Assembly: GCA_964016885.1 (NCBI GenBank)
Contig: CAXHJY010000304.1
Location: 62,001-126,000, forward strand
Reading direction: 5' to 3'
Origin: Eledone cirrhosa
Lineage: Eukaryota
Length of the DNA stretch: 64,000 nucleotides
Shown one piece after another: positions 1 through 10,567 of this stretch; within the stretch, counting starts at the first letter, position 1, and every line of letters starts with the position of its first letter. The notes beneath the pieces were generated by a model. That model saw nothing but the letters and a program-made list of their open reading frames with translations. It had not been told where the DNA came from and ran no database searches. The position numbers were made by a program, and so were the translations under genes.

Positions 1-892
1 GTATAGCTCTCAAGCCATTCATCAACACCTAGTTTTCTAAGGGCCCACCAGATAATCGAGCGGGGTACTCTGTCAAAGGCTTTCTCCAAGTCAACAAAGG
101 CTAAGTATAGGCGTTTACTTTTAGCTAGGTACTTCTCCTGTAGTTGTCGTACAATGAAGAGAGCGTCTGTTGTACTTTTACCTGACACAAACCCAAACTG
201 CATTTCGTCTAGATCAATTCGCTCTCTGATTAGTTGCGCTATTACTTTTTCTGTGACCTTCATGACCTGGTCAATTAATTTAATGCCTCTATAGTTTCTC
301 CTATCTAGGGCATCACCTTTACCCTTGTAGCAGTTAATGATGATGCAGCTGCGCCAGTCCTTCGGAACGACCCCATTCTGTATGACTTGGTTTACTATCC
401 GCGTGACCATAGTGTGTCCCACCGTTCCAGATACTTTCAGCATTTCGGCAACTATTTCCGCCTTACTTATTATACTACCTTCAACTTGCACTGCTGGTCC
501 CTCTATTGGATCGATGTGGGGGAGACTGTATTTCTCCCAATTATTCTCCTCATTTAGTAGCCTTTCATAGTGACACTTCCAAGCTACCTTCTTATCAGCG
601 TCAGTGATGGCAAGTACACCATCATCATTAAGGACACACTTCTCCCCGACAATATCACTGTTTTCCTTGACACATTGCCTAGCAATCCTGAACACCTCAC
701 GTTTTTGGTCCTTGCATTGTAGAACATGCTTGAACTTTCTTTCCTCTGCTTCCCTTCTTGCGAAGTACACTTGTCTCCTAGCTTCCCTCCTGGCCACTTG
801 ATAGTCTTCTTTACTTCCCTCATCCCGCCACGCTTTCCAAGCCTACTTTTTGGCCTTGATTGACCCCTCCACCTTACTGTTCCACCACCAAG
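1..892 (-). mobile_element. RTE-clade LINE fragment (linker to RT N-terminal part), same subfamily as 50350-53370; runs off the window
   Basis: Near-identical to 51480-52411 (reverse strand encodes ...LDEMQFGFVSGKSTTDALF...VDLEKAFDRVPR); about 40 bp deleted relative to that copy. Confidence 0.9.
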
Positions 893-914
893 CATTATAT
901 ATCATCATATACCA

Positions 915-1101
915 GGCGGTGGATTGGCAGTATCAGTAGAGGGTCGGACGCCATGCTTTCCAGCATAGTTACGTCCCTTTACAATCTGAGTTCAAATCCC
1001 GCCGAGGTTGACTTTGCCTTTCATCCTTACGGGGTCGATAAAATAAAGTACCAGTAATGCACTGGGTAATTGCTGGCCTTGTGCCTAAAGTAGAAACAAT
1101 T
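915..1101 (+). mobile_element. tRNA-derived SINE (about 190 bp, family 1)
   Basis: A-box-like TGGCAGTATCAGTAG, B-box GAGTTCAAATCCC, core CTTTGCCTTTCATCC...GGGGTCGATAAAATAAAGTACCAG; further copies at 29541, 41770, 42647, 55440, 55577, 59798 and 61324. Confidence 0.85.
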
Positions 1102-1234
1102 ATATATCATCATCATCATCATCATCATCATTTTACGTCCGCTTTTCTCTGCTTGCATTATGTCTATATGTGTGTGTATATATATACAGTATATATATAA
1201 CAAAATTTGTTTTCGCTCTAACACTTACGAATAC

Positions 1235-1278
<44 letters not shown>

Positions 1279-1359
1279 TATATCAGGATATAAAAACGTG
1301 TATGTGTGCATACAAGCATTCATGTTTTATTCCTTACACATAAACAACAGAGAAGTTAA

Positions 1360-4300
1360 CTAAAAAGAGGCATTACTGCCAACACCCAAAACAACAACAC
1401 AACCACCACCAACACCACCACCACCACCACCACCACCACAACAACAACAACAACACGCAAACACAACCAAAACAAGAACAACAAACCAACCTGCAAGCAC
1501 ATTCCCACCCAACCCCACTCCACCTAAAACCACTGCAAAACACCCACAAACACAACAGCTCCCCAAAACATACCCCTTCCAAATAGCACAGACACCACAA
1601 CGGACGAGGCCCCCACATCATCACCAAGTGATGATGAGGGAGAGCCTCTCCGTTCGAAAAGAAAGAAGAAAAGACACCACAAGAACAACAAAACAACAAA
1701 CATCACTACAAACATACAACCACAAACATTACAAACAACACAAACATTACAAACAAACCCCCCCCCCCCCCGTCTCGAAAACAAAACCACGACATCACTC
1801 CAAACACAAACACCTACAACAAAACGAAAGCTCCCACAAGAACAACAGACAAAAACCACCGCAACACAAGAAGAAGATTACACATACATAAACAGTAAAA
1901 ACAAAACTTTAATGGAGGTCATCTCCAACGACCCTTCGGTGAAAACTGAAGGGAAAACTTTTTCGAACTGTGTAGACAAACCTAATTTAAGTCTTTAAAG
2001 GAAAACTTTCCTAAGGACGTGGGTAATCCTTGTGTTAAACCCATTAACCGCGTCCTTTTAAAAAGTTTCCCCACCCTCACCCCAGACACACCCACCCCAG
2101 AAACCCCCACCCCACCAAACATCTCCGTCCCCACCCCGCCGGAAACCACCACCCACCCAGACAACTCCTCTAATACCCCCATGGAAACCGTGCGGCCTGA
2201 TCCCCGGGAGACGAAGAAGTGAGAGTTTTCTTCTCCTCTTTTAACTTTTCAGAACCAACATGGCCAATATAAGAGTTGGGTGTGTGAATGTACGCGGCCT
2301 GGGGATGCCCTGGAAACAGGGCAAACTCTTAAACGACCTCAGGTCGCACAGTATGGATGTAGTAGCCATTTGCGAGTCCAGGATCCACAGCGAGCGACAG
2401 CTGGCCCCCATCTTCGATGACTTTGAGATCTACGCATCTCTCTGTCAGCCGGGGGGGGGGGGGGGGGGGCGGAGTTGCCGTTTTGCTGCGGAAACACCTG
2501 GGCCTCGTAACGCAAACGGTACATCTGGACCCGGAGGGTCGACTGGTGGTCCTAGACGTTGACGGTAGTGAAGGTGGAGCCTTCAGGCTGGTGGCCGCAT
2601 ATGCCCCATCCGGGACACCGCAGCCAGACTTGTTCAAACGTCTAGAGACTTTTCTGGGAACGTCCCGCTCCTTGCTTTTAGTAGGGGACTGGAATGGAAT
2701 CCTAGATGCACGTTGGGACTATGTGGGAGCATGTCCCGATAAAGGGGGGTGTAACATCCTCAAACAGTTAATAGGCCGATTTGACCTGGCCGATAGATAT
2801 CGACTAGATTTTCCGACTGTGCCACTGTGGACGTGGACTAATCGTAGCGGAACATCTAGATCGTACCTAGATAGGGTTCTAGTTAGAAATAAGGATAGGG
2901 ACATGTTAAGCTGTCCACAAATGTTCATGGTTGCCTATTCAGATCACAAACTAGTGACCTGCATGGTCAACCTTGATAGAACCCATAAACAAGGACCCGG
3001 CTACTGGAAGCTCAACTTGTTGTTACCGACATGCAAAGCCTACAGTAGACGGATTAGCACTTTAGTTAAACAGCACTTGACAGGGGCCATTGTCAACAAC
3101 AGATGATGGTACTCTCTCAATAGGGCAGTTAGATTAGACTCGTTAGTTTTTAGTAAAGAATTAGCGTTAGATAGAAATAGAACCGAGAAAGAACTGGTAG
3201 ATAAAGTAGAAGAGGCAATTAGAAGTGGCAACGTAGCCAGCGTGCTAGCAACGAGAACGGCCTTGGACCAGTTCTTCGATGCAAAGCATGAGAGCTGTGT
3301 TGTCAGAAGCAAAATACGTGCTCTGGGAAACGAGGGAGCCAAAGCTGTTAGCTGGGCCCGAGTGACAGAGGCAAAAAGTGGCAACAAGTCCACGATTCAG
3401 TCTTTGAAGGATTAAAACGGGCGCGTGATACATGAGCCGAAGCAGATGTGTGCGGCCTTTCAGCAGCACTTTGCTCAGCTGTTCAGGCAGGGCAGCACGC
3501 CGGGAGAGGCTATGGATTTCGGTCCATACCTCGACGGCCTACCGCAACTCTCGGACAGCGAGGCAAAGTTCTGCGAAAAGCCGATTTCAGCCGCTGAGAT
3601 AGGGGATGCGCTGAGCCAATGCGGCAAACACAAATCTCCAGGTCTCGACGGTCTACCCTACGAATTTTACGTAGCAATGCCGGACTTATTCACCGGTCTC
3701 CTGGAAGTGGTCTACTGCAACTGGCAACAGAACGGGAGAATTCTCAGTTCTGTGACCGGGAGCATAGTCACATTAGTCAGGAAGGACGAAAATAAGGGGG
3801 ATGACATAGGCAATCCCGACCAGGTCCATACACGATAACCTACACCTCATGCGAGTCATCATAGAGAGAGTAGGGTGTAAACCCGGCTTCGGTGGGGCCC
3901 TGATCAACTTGGATCAGTCTAAGGCTTTCGATAGGGTTGACCATCGTTACCTGGATGCGGTGCTCAAGGCGGCAGGCTTCGGACCCGTGTTCAGGGCTGG
4001 ATTGCTGCAATGCATAACAGCAACATCTGCTCAAGGGTTAAGGTGAACGGCTACCTCTCGGAGCCGTTCCATATCACACGTTCCATTCGACAGGGATGCC
4101 CTCTCTCCTTCCTTCTGTACATATTGACTCTCGAGCCACTACTGCGGAAGTTGGAGCTATTGCAGGGCATCCCTCTGGAACCGGGACTGCGGAAAGCAGC
4201 GTTGGCCTACGCCGACGACGTGACAGTAATGGTGTCGAGCGCCTCGCAAATCGAGGAAGTCGGCACCTTACTGAAAGAATACGAAAGGTTCACAGGAGCA

Positions 4301-5825
4301 AAGCTGAACCGGGACAAGTCCATCGGTTTGCAACTCGGATCGTGGAGAGGCAAACCGATGCCTTCCGATGGCGTCGTCGGACGCTGGACGGAAGGACCAG
4401 TAAAGCTGCTCGGGGTCTGGTTTGGTCCGGACCTCCAGGTGGAGAAGAACTGGAATGAGGTGTCGGCCAAGGTGTTTGCACTCACCCAGAAGTGGGCCGA
4501 GTGCAAACTATCCTTGAAAGGTCGAGCGGAGGTGGCGAACACTTTTATAGCGTCCGCCATCTACTACCCCTTGACCGTCGTGCCTTGTCCAGCCAAAACG
4601 CTCACCAAAATGGAGCGTGCGCTCTTCCAATTCCTTTGGAAGAGGCGGGCTTCTTTGGTGAGAAGATCCATCTGCTGCCAACGCCCTTCCAACGGAGGGC
4701 TGGGGATGCCGTGGCTGACGATGCGCAAACACGCGCTCAGGCTGCGGCATCTCTACGTATTCCTCTCCGGACAACCGGTGTGGGCCCCGTTCGTGAGGCG
4801 AGCCTTCCCACGACTCGTCTCACTGACCGAGCTGCAATCCTGGGTCAAGCAAAGACCGAGGAAAATGAGCGACTGGCACATCGAATGTGCTCAGGCGCTC
4901 ACAGCTCTCTGGCAGGCGGACCCGGCGATCAGTGGAGACTCCACTTCGTCATTCTATAGAGCGTTGATCCGCAGCAAGTGCGACGACATGCTCCGTGCAA
5001 CTCTGGGCATAGAGGAAGATGAACTGGCCAGTCTGTTTGGTAGGACCTTCCGCCCGGGACCGATGGACAACTTCCAAAAGTCCCTGGCCTGGCAGTGCTA
5101 CCGAGGAGCTCTACCAGTTCGAGACAAGCTCTACAGACATGGGTGCCCGGGCAGGGACCCTGCAAAAAAGATCTGTCCGAGGTGCGTGCGAGACGAAGAA
5201 ACCGTCGCGCACGCGTTCATACACTGCCCGGGCGTCACCAGCCTGTGGGGCTATGTAGAACAACTATTGTCGCGGCTGGGACCAATCCGGTTGACCACCG
5301 AGTCCATTGTCATGATCAAACCGCCACCCTCCTTCAAAAACGAAGGAGAGGCGGTTTTCCTTTGTGTGATAGCTATGGCGAAAGAGGTTGTATGGTGGAC
5401 AAGGTTGAAAGGGCTGAGGTCAGACACCTTTCTCTCCGGCCAACAACTGATTCTTTTTTTCAAATACCACTTTGGAAGAAGAATCAGGATGGAGAGAGAG
5501 GTACTGTACCCCAGCAAGTTTTATGAAAGGTGGGTGAAAGTGGCGCGAATGGCCCAAGTGAATGGGCCTTCTCTATATCAGCCTGTAGGTTGAGAAAAAA
5601 GAGGAGGAGAGGAAAGGAGTACAAACTCTTCGTACTCCTGGAGATGAGGGTTGTACATTTTTTTTCGGGGGTATGTGTTACCCATATGAAATGTCTCCCC
5701 TATTGGGGAAAATCGACTAATTTTTTAAATTACATTTGTGATAATATTTTACACGTTTTTATTGTATGTAAACTTCCCCCTTTGTATTTATCCCCTTCTT
5801 TTGTGCCCCTGTGGCTAATAAAGAA
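1360..5825 (+). mobile_element. Tx1/L1-clade LINE, degenerate: C/A-rich ORF1 remnant, ORF2 and 3' UTR
   Basis: ORF2 pieces at 2260-5593 with APE, RT and C-terminal zinc motif; AATAAA at about 5817; 5' boundary uncertain. Confidence 0.8.
2260..5593 (+). pseudogene. Tx1-like ORF2 (APE endonuclease, RT, zf-RVT) with frameshifts, stops and an internal RT deletion near 3812
   Basis: APE motifs NVRGL, VAICES, AYAP, VGDWN, SYLDR, SDH; KSPGLDG; LDQSKAFDRVDH; IRQGCPLS; AYADD; CPRCVRDEETVAHAFIHC; frameshift in poly-G at 2451-2469. Confidence 0.9.
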
Positions 5826-5917
5826 ACATATCTATACAAGAGGTAGCAAGTTACGTAGGTGAGAACATAAGGAAGGTATGGGGAGGGAAGTGTCCCAAAT
5901 GACATTTCTTTCATATA

Positions 5918-6808
5918 CAGGGTGCGGACGATATTTGTTCGTAATTTTCAACTGCTAATTTTATGCACATTTTTTTTACTTCCGTTGTCACTCTTGTCTT
6001 CATAAAAACAGTGACTATATTTCCATTATTTATTTTGAGAATAATTGATTATGAATAATTTTGAACCTCCAAATTTGTGGAAGAGACATGGAGTTCTTCT
6101 TGGAATCCGCGCCGGGAGGACAAATAAGACCAGAAGATCAACTCCCAGAACAACAGGTGGCTCACTGTCTCATCCAAAGACATGCCCAGAGTCATGCAGA
6201 CAAAGTTTCCAGCAACAACATTGGTCTTAGGTGTCATGAGCAGTCAAAGTGACGTCATGCCACCTCACTTCTTCCCTGAGGGCTTCAAGCTGAACACCGA
6301 TGGCTAATCCGCGTTCTGAGCAAGGTAGTAAAGCCCTGGATCTACCAGGTAGCTGCAGGTAGGCCGTATGTGTGGCAGCAAGACTCAGCACCCTGCCACA
6401 CCAACTGAAAGTCCCAAGCCTGGCTGTCAGAGAACTTCATCAACCACACTTCACCTGACATCTGGCCTCCCAGCTTGCCTGACTGCAACCCCCTCAACTT
6501 CTTTGTGTGGGGCGCAGTGGAACGAGACACCAACAGATCTAGCTGCAATACGAAAGATGATCTGAAGGCCAGGATCACAAGTGCCTTTAGGGGCCTAAGT
6601 CGGGGGACAGTGACGAAGGCCTGTAGCCGGTTCCGAGGCCGCCTTGAGGCCGTCATCAAAGCCAATGGCGGGTTTATCAAGTGAGATTGAAAGAACAAGT
6701 CATAAAGACAAACTGACCCAAGTTTGATAAATATATCTTAAAACATAAAACTACTGTGTTATTTTTTCCTAGACAGTAATCTTGCGAACAAATATCGTCC
6801 GCACCCTG
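5918..6808 (+). mobile_element. Tc1/mariner-superfamily maT (DD37D)-type transposon, internally deleted
   Basis: TIRs CAGGGTGCGGACGATATTTGTTCG / CGAACAAATATCGTCCGCACCCTG with TA on both sides; transposase remnant WQQDSAPCH...WPPSLPDCNPLNFFVWG with 37 codons between the second D and the third catalytic position. Confidence 0.88.
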
Positions 6809-7091
6809 TATAAATTTATCATAATTATAGGCATACTTTCCATCAAAAGTTTCCAGATACAATCATAAAAGAACATGCACAATTCTTTTTCATGTATGTC
6901 TCATATAATCAAATATAAACATTAATTTTCAATTTGTATAGGTATCTGTATCTCGATAGAGTGAAGTATGTTAACCTCTGTGTATTCAAAAATATGTGTA
7001 TATATATATTGTGTATATATATTGAATTAGTGTATGTCTGTATGTCAAAGTCTGTGGTTGTATGCCAATAACTGTATATCTAAGTAAATAT

Positions 7092-7378
7092 CATCATCGA
7101 TTAACATCCATCTTCCACGCTAGCATGGGTTAGACGGGTTTGTCCCATTTAGAGACAAGTTGGGTCAAGTGAACGTGTCTCACTCATATATGAGTGTTTC
7201 TGGCTGGTTTTCTAAAGCTGGATGCCCTTCCTAATGCCAACCACATTGACAGTGTGTACTGGGTACTTTTTGCTGTGTCTTACACGTCCACTTTACAGTG
7301 TGGGTTGGGTGCTTTTTGTCGTGACACCTACACAATCCCTTTACAGTGTGGGCTGGATGTTTTGTGGTACCAGCATAA
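7092..7378 (-). mobile_element. Degenerate RTE-type 3' UTR / SINE tail
   Basis: Reverse complement of the RTE tail stem (CCATGCTAGCGTGG) and the GGAAGGGCATCCAGC motif. Confidence 0.7.
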
Positions 7379-7690
7379 CATATATATATATATATACATG
7401 CACATATCATGATATACACATATATACATATTTGCATGCATATACATATACCATATATGTAATATACATACACATCATACATATACATACATACTTCATA
7501 TATATATACACACATAAATATATCATCAACCTCGACAATTAGCATCCATAATTCATAGGTAGGATGGATTGGTCCTTGTTTAGCTCACCAGGGGCAGGTT
7601 TTGGTTTGGTATCTACAGCGGGGTGCCCTTCCTACTGCCAACCATATTTACAATGTGTGCTGGGTGCTTTTGGAAGATGGACGTTAAACA

Positions 7691-7759
<69 letters not shown>

Positions 7760-7913
7760 GAAAGAGAGAAGAATAAACTCGTCACCTACGGATACCTCTT
7801 GTTGAGTCAAACAACGCCGAACGCTAAAACCATCCACAATACAAAGTATTCACAACCTCTAACTGGATTCCCTATAACGATATTTTGTTATCCCTTATAT
7901 ATATATATGTATA

Positions 7914-8295
7914 GGCGCATGGCTTAGTGGTTAGAGCATTAGGCTTGTAATCGAAAGGTTGTGAGTTCAATTCTCGGACCAGGTGATGTGTTGTTTCCTT
8001 GAGCAAGACACTTTATTTCACATTGCTCCAGTTTACTCAGCTGTAGAAATGAGATGATAGGACTGGGGTCCATATCATTCCACTGCAAAGTGGGCGTGGA
8101 GGTGCCACGGAAAAAAAGCACCCAGCACTCACTGTAAATGAGGTTGGTGTTATGAAGAGCATCCAGCTGTAGAAATCAAGCCAGAATCAGTTCCCGTATG
8201 AGCAAGACAAGGTCAGCCAACCGGATACTGCCCACAACAAGACAACTCGTCTAACCCATGCTAGCGTGGCAGAACGGGCGTAAAACGGTGATGAT
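7914..8295 (+). mobile_element. Composite tRNA-derived SINE (family 2) with RTE subfamily-A 3' tail
   Basis: A box TGGCTTAGTGG, B box GAGTTCAATTC, CORE-like CCTTGAGCAAGACACTT, then sequence matching the RTE 3' UTR 13730-13975 and a (TGA)n tail. Confidence 0.8.
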
Positions 8296-8344
8296 ATATA
8301 TATATATGATGATGATATTATATATATATATATATGATGATGAT

Positions 8345-9512
8345 ATAGAGGTACTCTCAGTAAAGTCAGGGTAGGAATGGAGTTTAGTGAGGAATTCCAG
8401 ATACAAGTAGGAGTACATCAGGGTTCGGTCCTCAGCCCGCTCTTGTTCATTATAGTCCTCCAAGCCATAACAGAGGAGTTTAAGACTGGCTGTCCATGGG
8501 AACTTCTCTATGCTGACGATCTGGCTCTTATAGCAGAATCAGTAGAGGAGCTAGAGAATAAATTCCGGCTATGGAAACAGCAGTTGGAAGCAAGAGGACT
8601 GAGAGTAAATCTAGCTAAGACAAAAGTGTTGATGAGTAGAAAAGAGGACAAAACCCTGATTCCATCAGGGAAATGGCCATGTTCGATATGCAGAAAAGCA
8701 ACTGGCATAAATTCTATAAAATGCACACAATGCAGGTGCTGGGTACACAAGAGATGTAGCGGGATAGCAGGCAAACTAACAGGTAGGGAGAAATATGTAT
8801 GCAGTAGATGTACAGGGAAATTAGACAGTAGAAGTCGCACTGATAGACACATTTTTCAAATGCGAGAGGGCGCTATAGAAGTGGTGGATAGCTTCCGGTA
8901 CCTAGGAGATCAGATTAGCATGGGAGGAGGGTGTTCCGAGGCCATAGTATCTAGAATAAGGACGGGTTGGAAGAAGTTTAGGGAGCTGCTTCCTCTGTTG
9001 ACGAAGAAGGGTTTCTCCCTGCGTACGAAAGGCCGGTTGTATGATGCCTGTGTGAGGAGCGCGATGCTGCATGGTAGTGAGACATGGGCAGCAACCGCAG
9101 AGGATATGCGACGGCTGGAGAGAAATGAGGCAAGCATGCTCCGTTGGATGTGCAGTGTAAATGTGCGTGAACGACCCAGCATAAATGTGTTGAGAGAGAA
9201 ACTGTGTCTGAGAGGGATAGAATGTAGTGTACGGGAGAGGAGACTGAGGTGGTATGGACATGTGATGCGCATGGAGGATGACCGATGGGTGAAGAAGTGC
9301 CAGGAAATGCCAGTTGAAGGAAGACGTGGTAGAGGTAGACCACGAAAAACATGGGCGGAGGTGGTGAGAACAGACCTCAGATCATTGAAGCTCACGGTGG
9401 AGATGACGAGGGACCGTGATGAGTGGAGAGATGCTGTGCTGAATAAGACCCGTCCCACCCTTGCAAGCAGGGAAAAGCGGACGTAAAATGATGATGATGA
9501 TGATGATGATGA
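8345..9512 (+). mobile_element. 5'-truncated RTE LINE, subfamily B (RT C-terminal half with PHD insert); ORF 8377-9486 runs to the tail
   Basis: VHQGSVLSP, LLYADD, C4HC3 PHD, RLRWYGHV, GRPRKTW; (ATG)n tail directly after the stop. Confidence 0.9.
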
Positions 9513-9551
9513 TATATATATATGATGATGATATATATATATATATGATGA

Positions 9552-9585
<34 letters not shown>

Positions 9586-9606
9586 TCATCATCATATATA
9601 TATATA

Positions 9607-9755
9607 GGGACTGGGGTCCCTATCATTCGACTGTAAATGAGGTTGGTGTTAGGAAGGGTATCCAGCTGTAGAAATCAAGCCAGAATCAGTTCCCGTCCCA
9701 CCCTTGCTAGCAGGGAAAAGTGGACGTAAAATGATGATGATGATGATGATGATCA
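9607..9755 (+). mobile_element. Truncated family-2 SINE tail ending in the RTE subfamily-B terminus
   Basis: ...CAGTTCCCGTCCCACCCTTGCTAGCAGGGAAAAGTGGACGTAAAA(TGA)n; same junction as 32908-33234. Confidence 0.7.
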
Positions 9756-9834
9756 TCATCATATATATATATATGATGATGATATTTATATATATATATG
9801 ATGATATATATATATATGATGATGATATATATAA

Positions 9835-9897
9835 TAGGTGTTCCTGTCTTCCCTCTGTTTATCTTCCTCAACCTACAGGTTTATATACAGAGAAGGC
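9835..9897 (-). mobile_element. 3' piece of the Tx1 LINE interrupted by the RTE insertion
   Basis: Reverse complement GCCTTCTCTGTATATAAACCTGTAGGTTGAG matches Tx1 5566-5594 and continues the 13992-14813 fragment. Confidence 0.75.
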
Positions 9898-10054
9898 TTA
9901 CTACCCTGTCTTTAACCTAATTCATTCAATCTGAAAATATTGAAGAGATAAGACACTTTGCCATTCTTCTCTGCTAAAATGTACCACTAGAGCTGATTCA
10001 AATTTTCCCAGCCAGCCATCCACCTAATCTACGAAGGTATTTTAGCCTACATAT

Positions 10055-10260
10055 TGTCGTTAATATTATGATGTTCCCTGCTGTATTAGCGTTAAATTTT
10101 CCCTGCTGTATTAGCGATAAATTTTCGAGGGTTTCTCTTAGTAGCTTTTTCATGTCGTTAATATTATGATGTTCCCTGCTGTATTAGCGTTAAATTTTCC
10201 CTGCTGTATTAGCGATAAATTTTCGAGGGTTTCTCTTAGTAGCTTTTTTCATGACGTTAT
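10055..10260 (+). repeat. 98-bp tandem monomers (2 copies plus a partial) in the RTE 5' UTR
   Basis: TGTCGTTAATATTATGATGTTCCCTG... starts at 10055 and at 10153. Confidence 0.85.
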
Positions 10261-10567
10261 TATTGTTAATTTTACTGATGTAGTATTAACTTGGATATTT
10301 ACCATGCGACCCTCAGTTCCTACCTCACAATTTCCCTCCCCCCCACCCCCACACACCACCATAGTCTATTCGACCAATCAAACCTAGCATGCCATTTCCA
10401 CTGCTGCTGCTGCTACTACCTGCCTAACTAACTCTCTCCTCCTCTGGCGCATCCCAACACACCCTGCCATTACCCCACCACCACTGTCCTTCTAGCCCTC
10501 AATTTTCCCACCGTTAGGGATGGATGAGCTGGGAATACACGAGCAACTCTGAATCAATAGATGAAAT

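Noticed and set aside
915-1005. tRNA genes at SINE heads (also 7914 and 55577)
   Set aside because: A and B boxes are present but run into SINE core and tail; no proper cloverleaf
1373-1891. ORFs in the C/A-rich tract
   Set aside because: Low-complexity sequence, at most a decayed Tx1 ORF1 region; no recognisable domain
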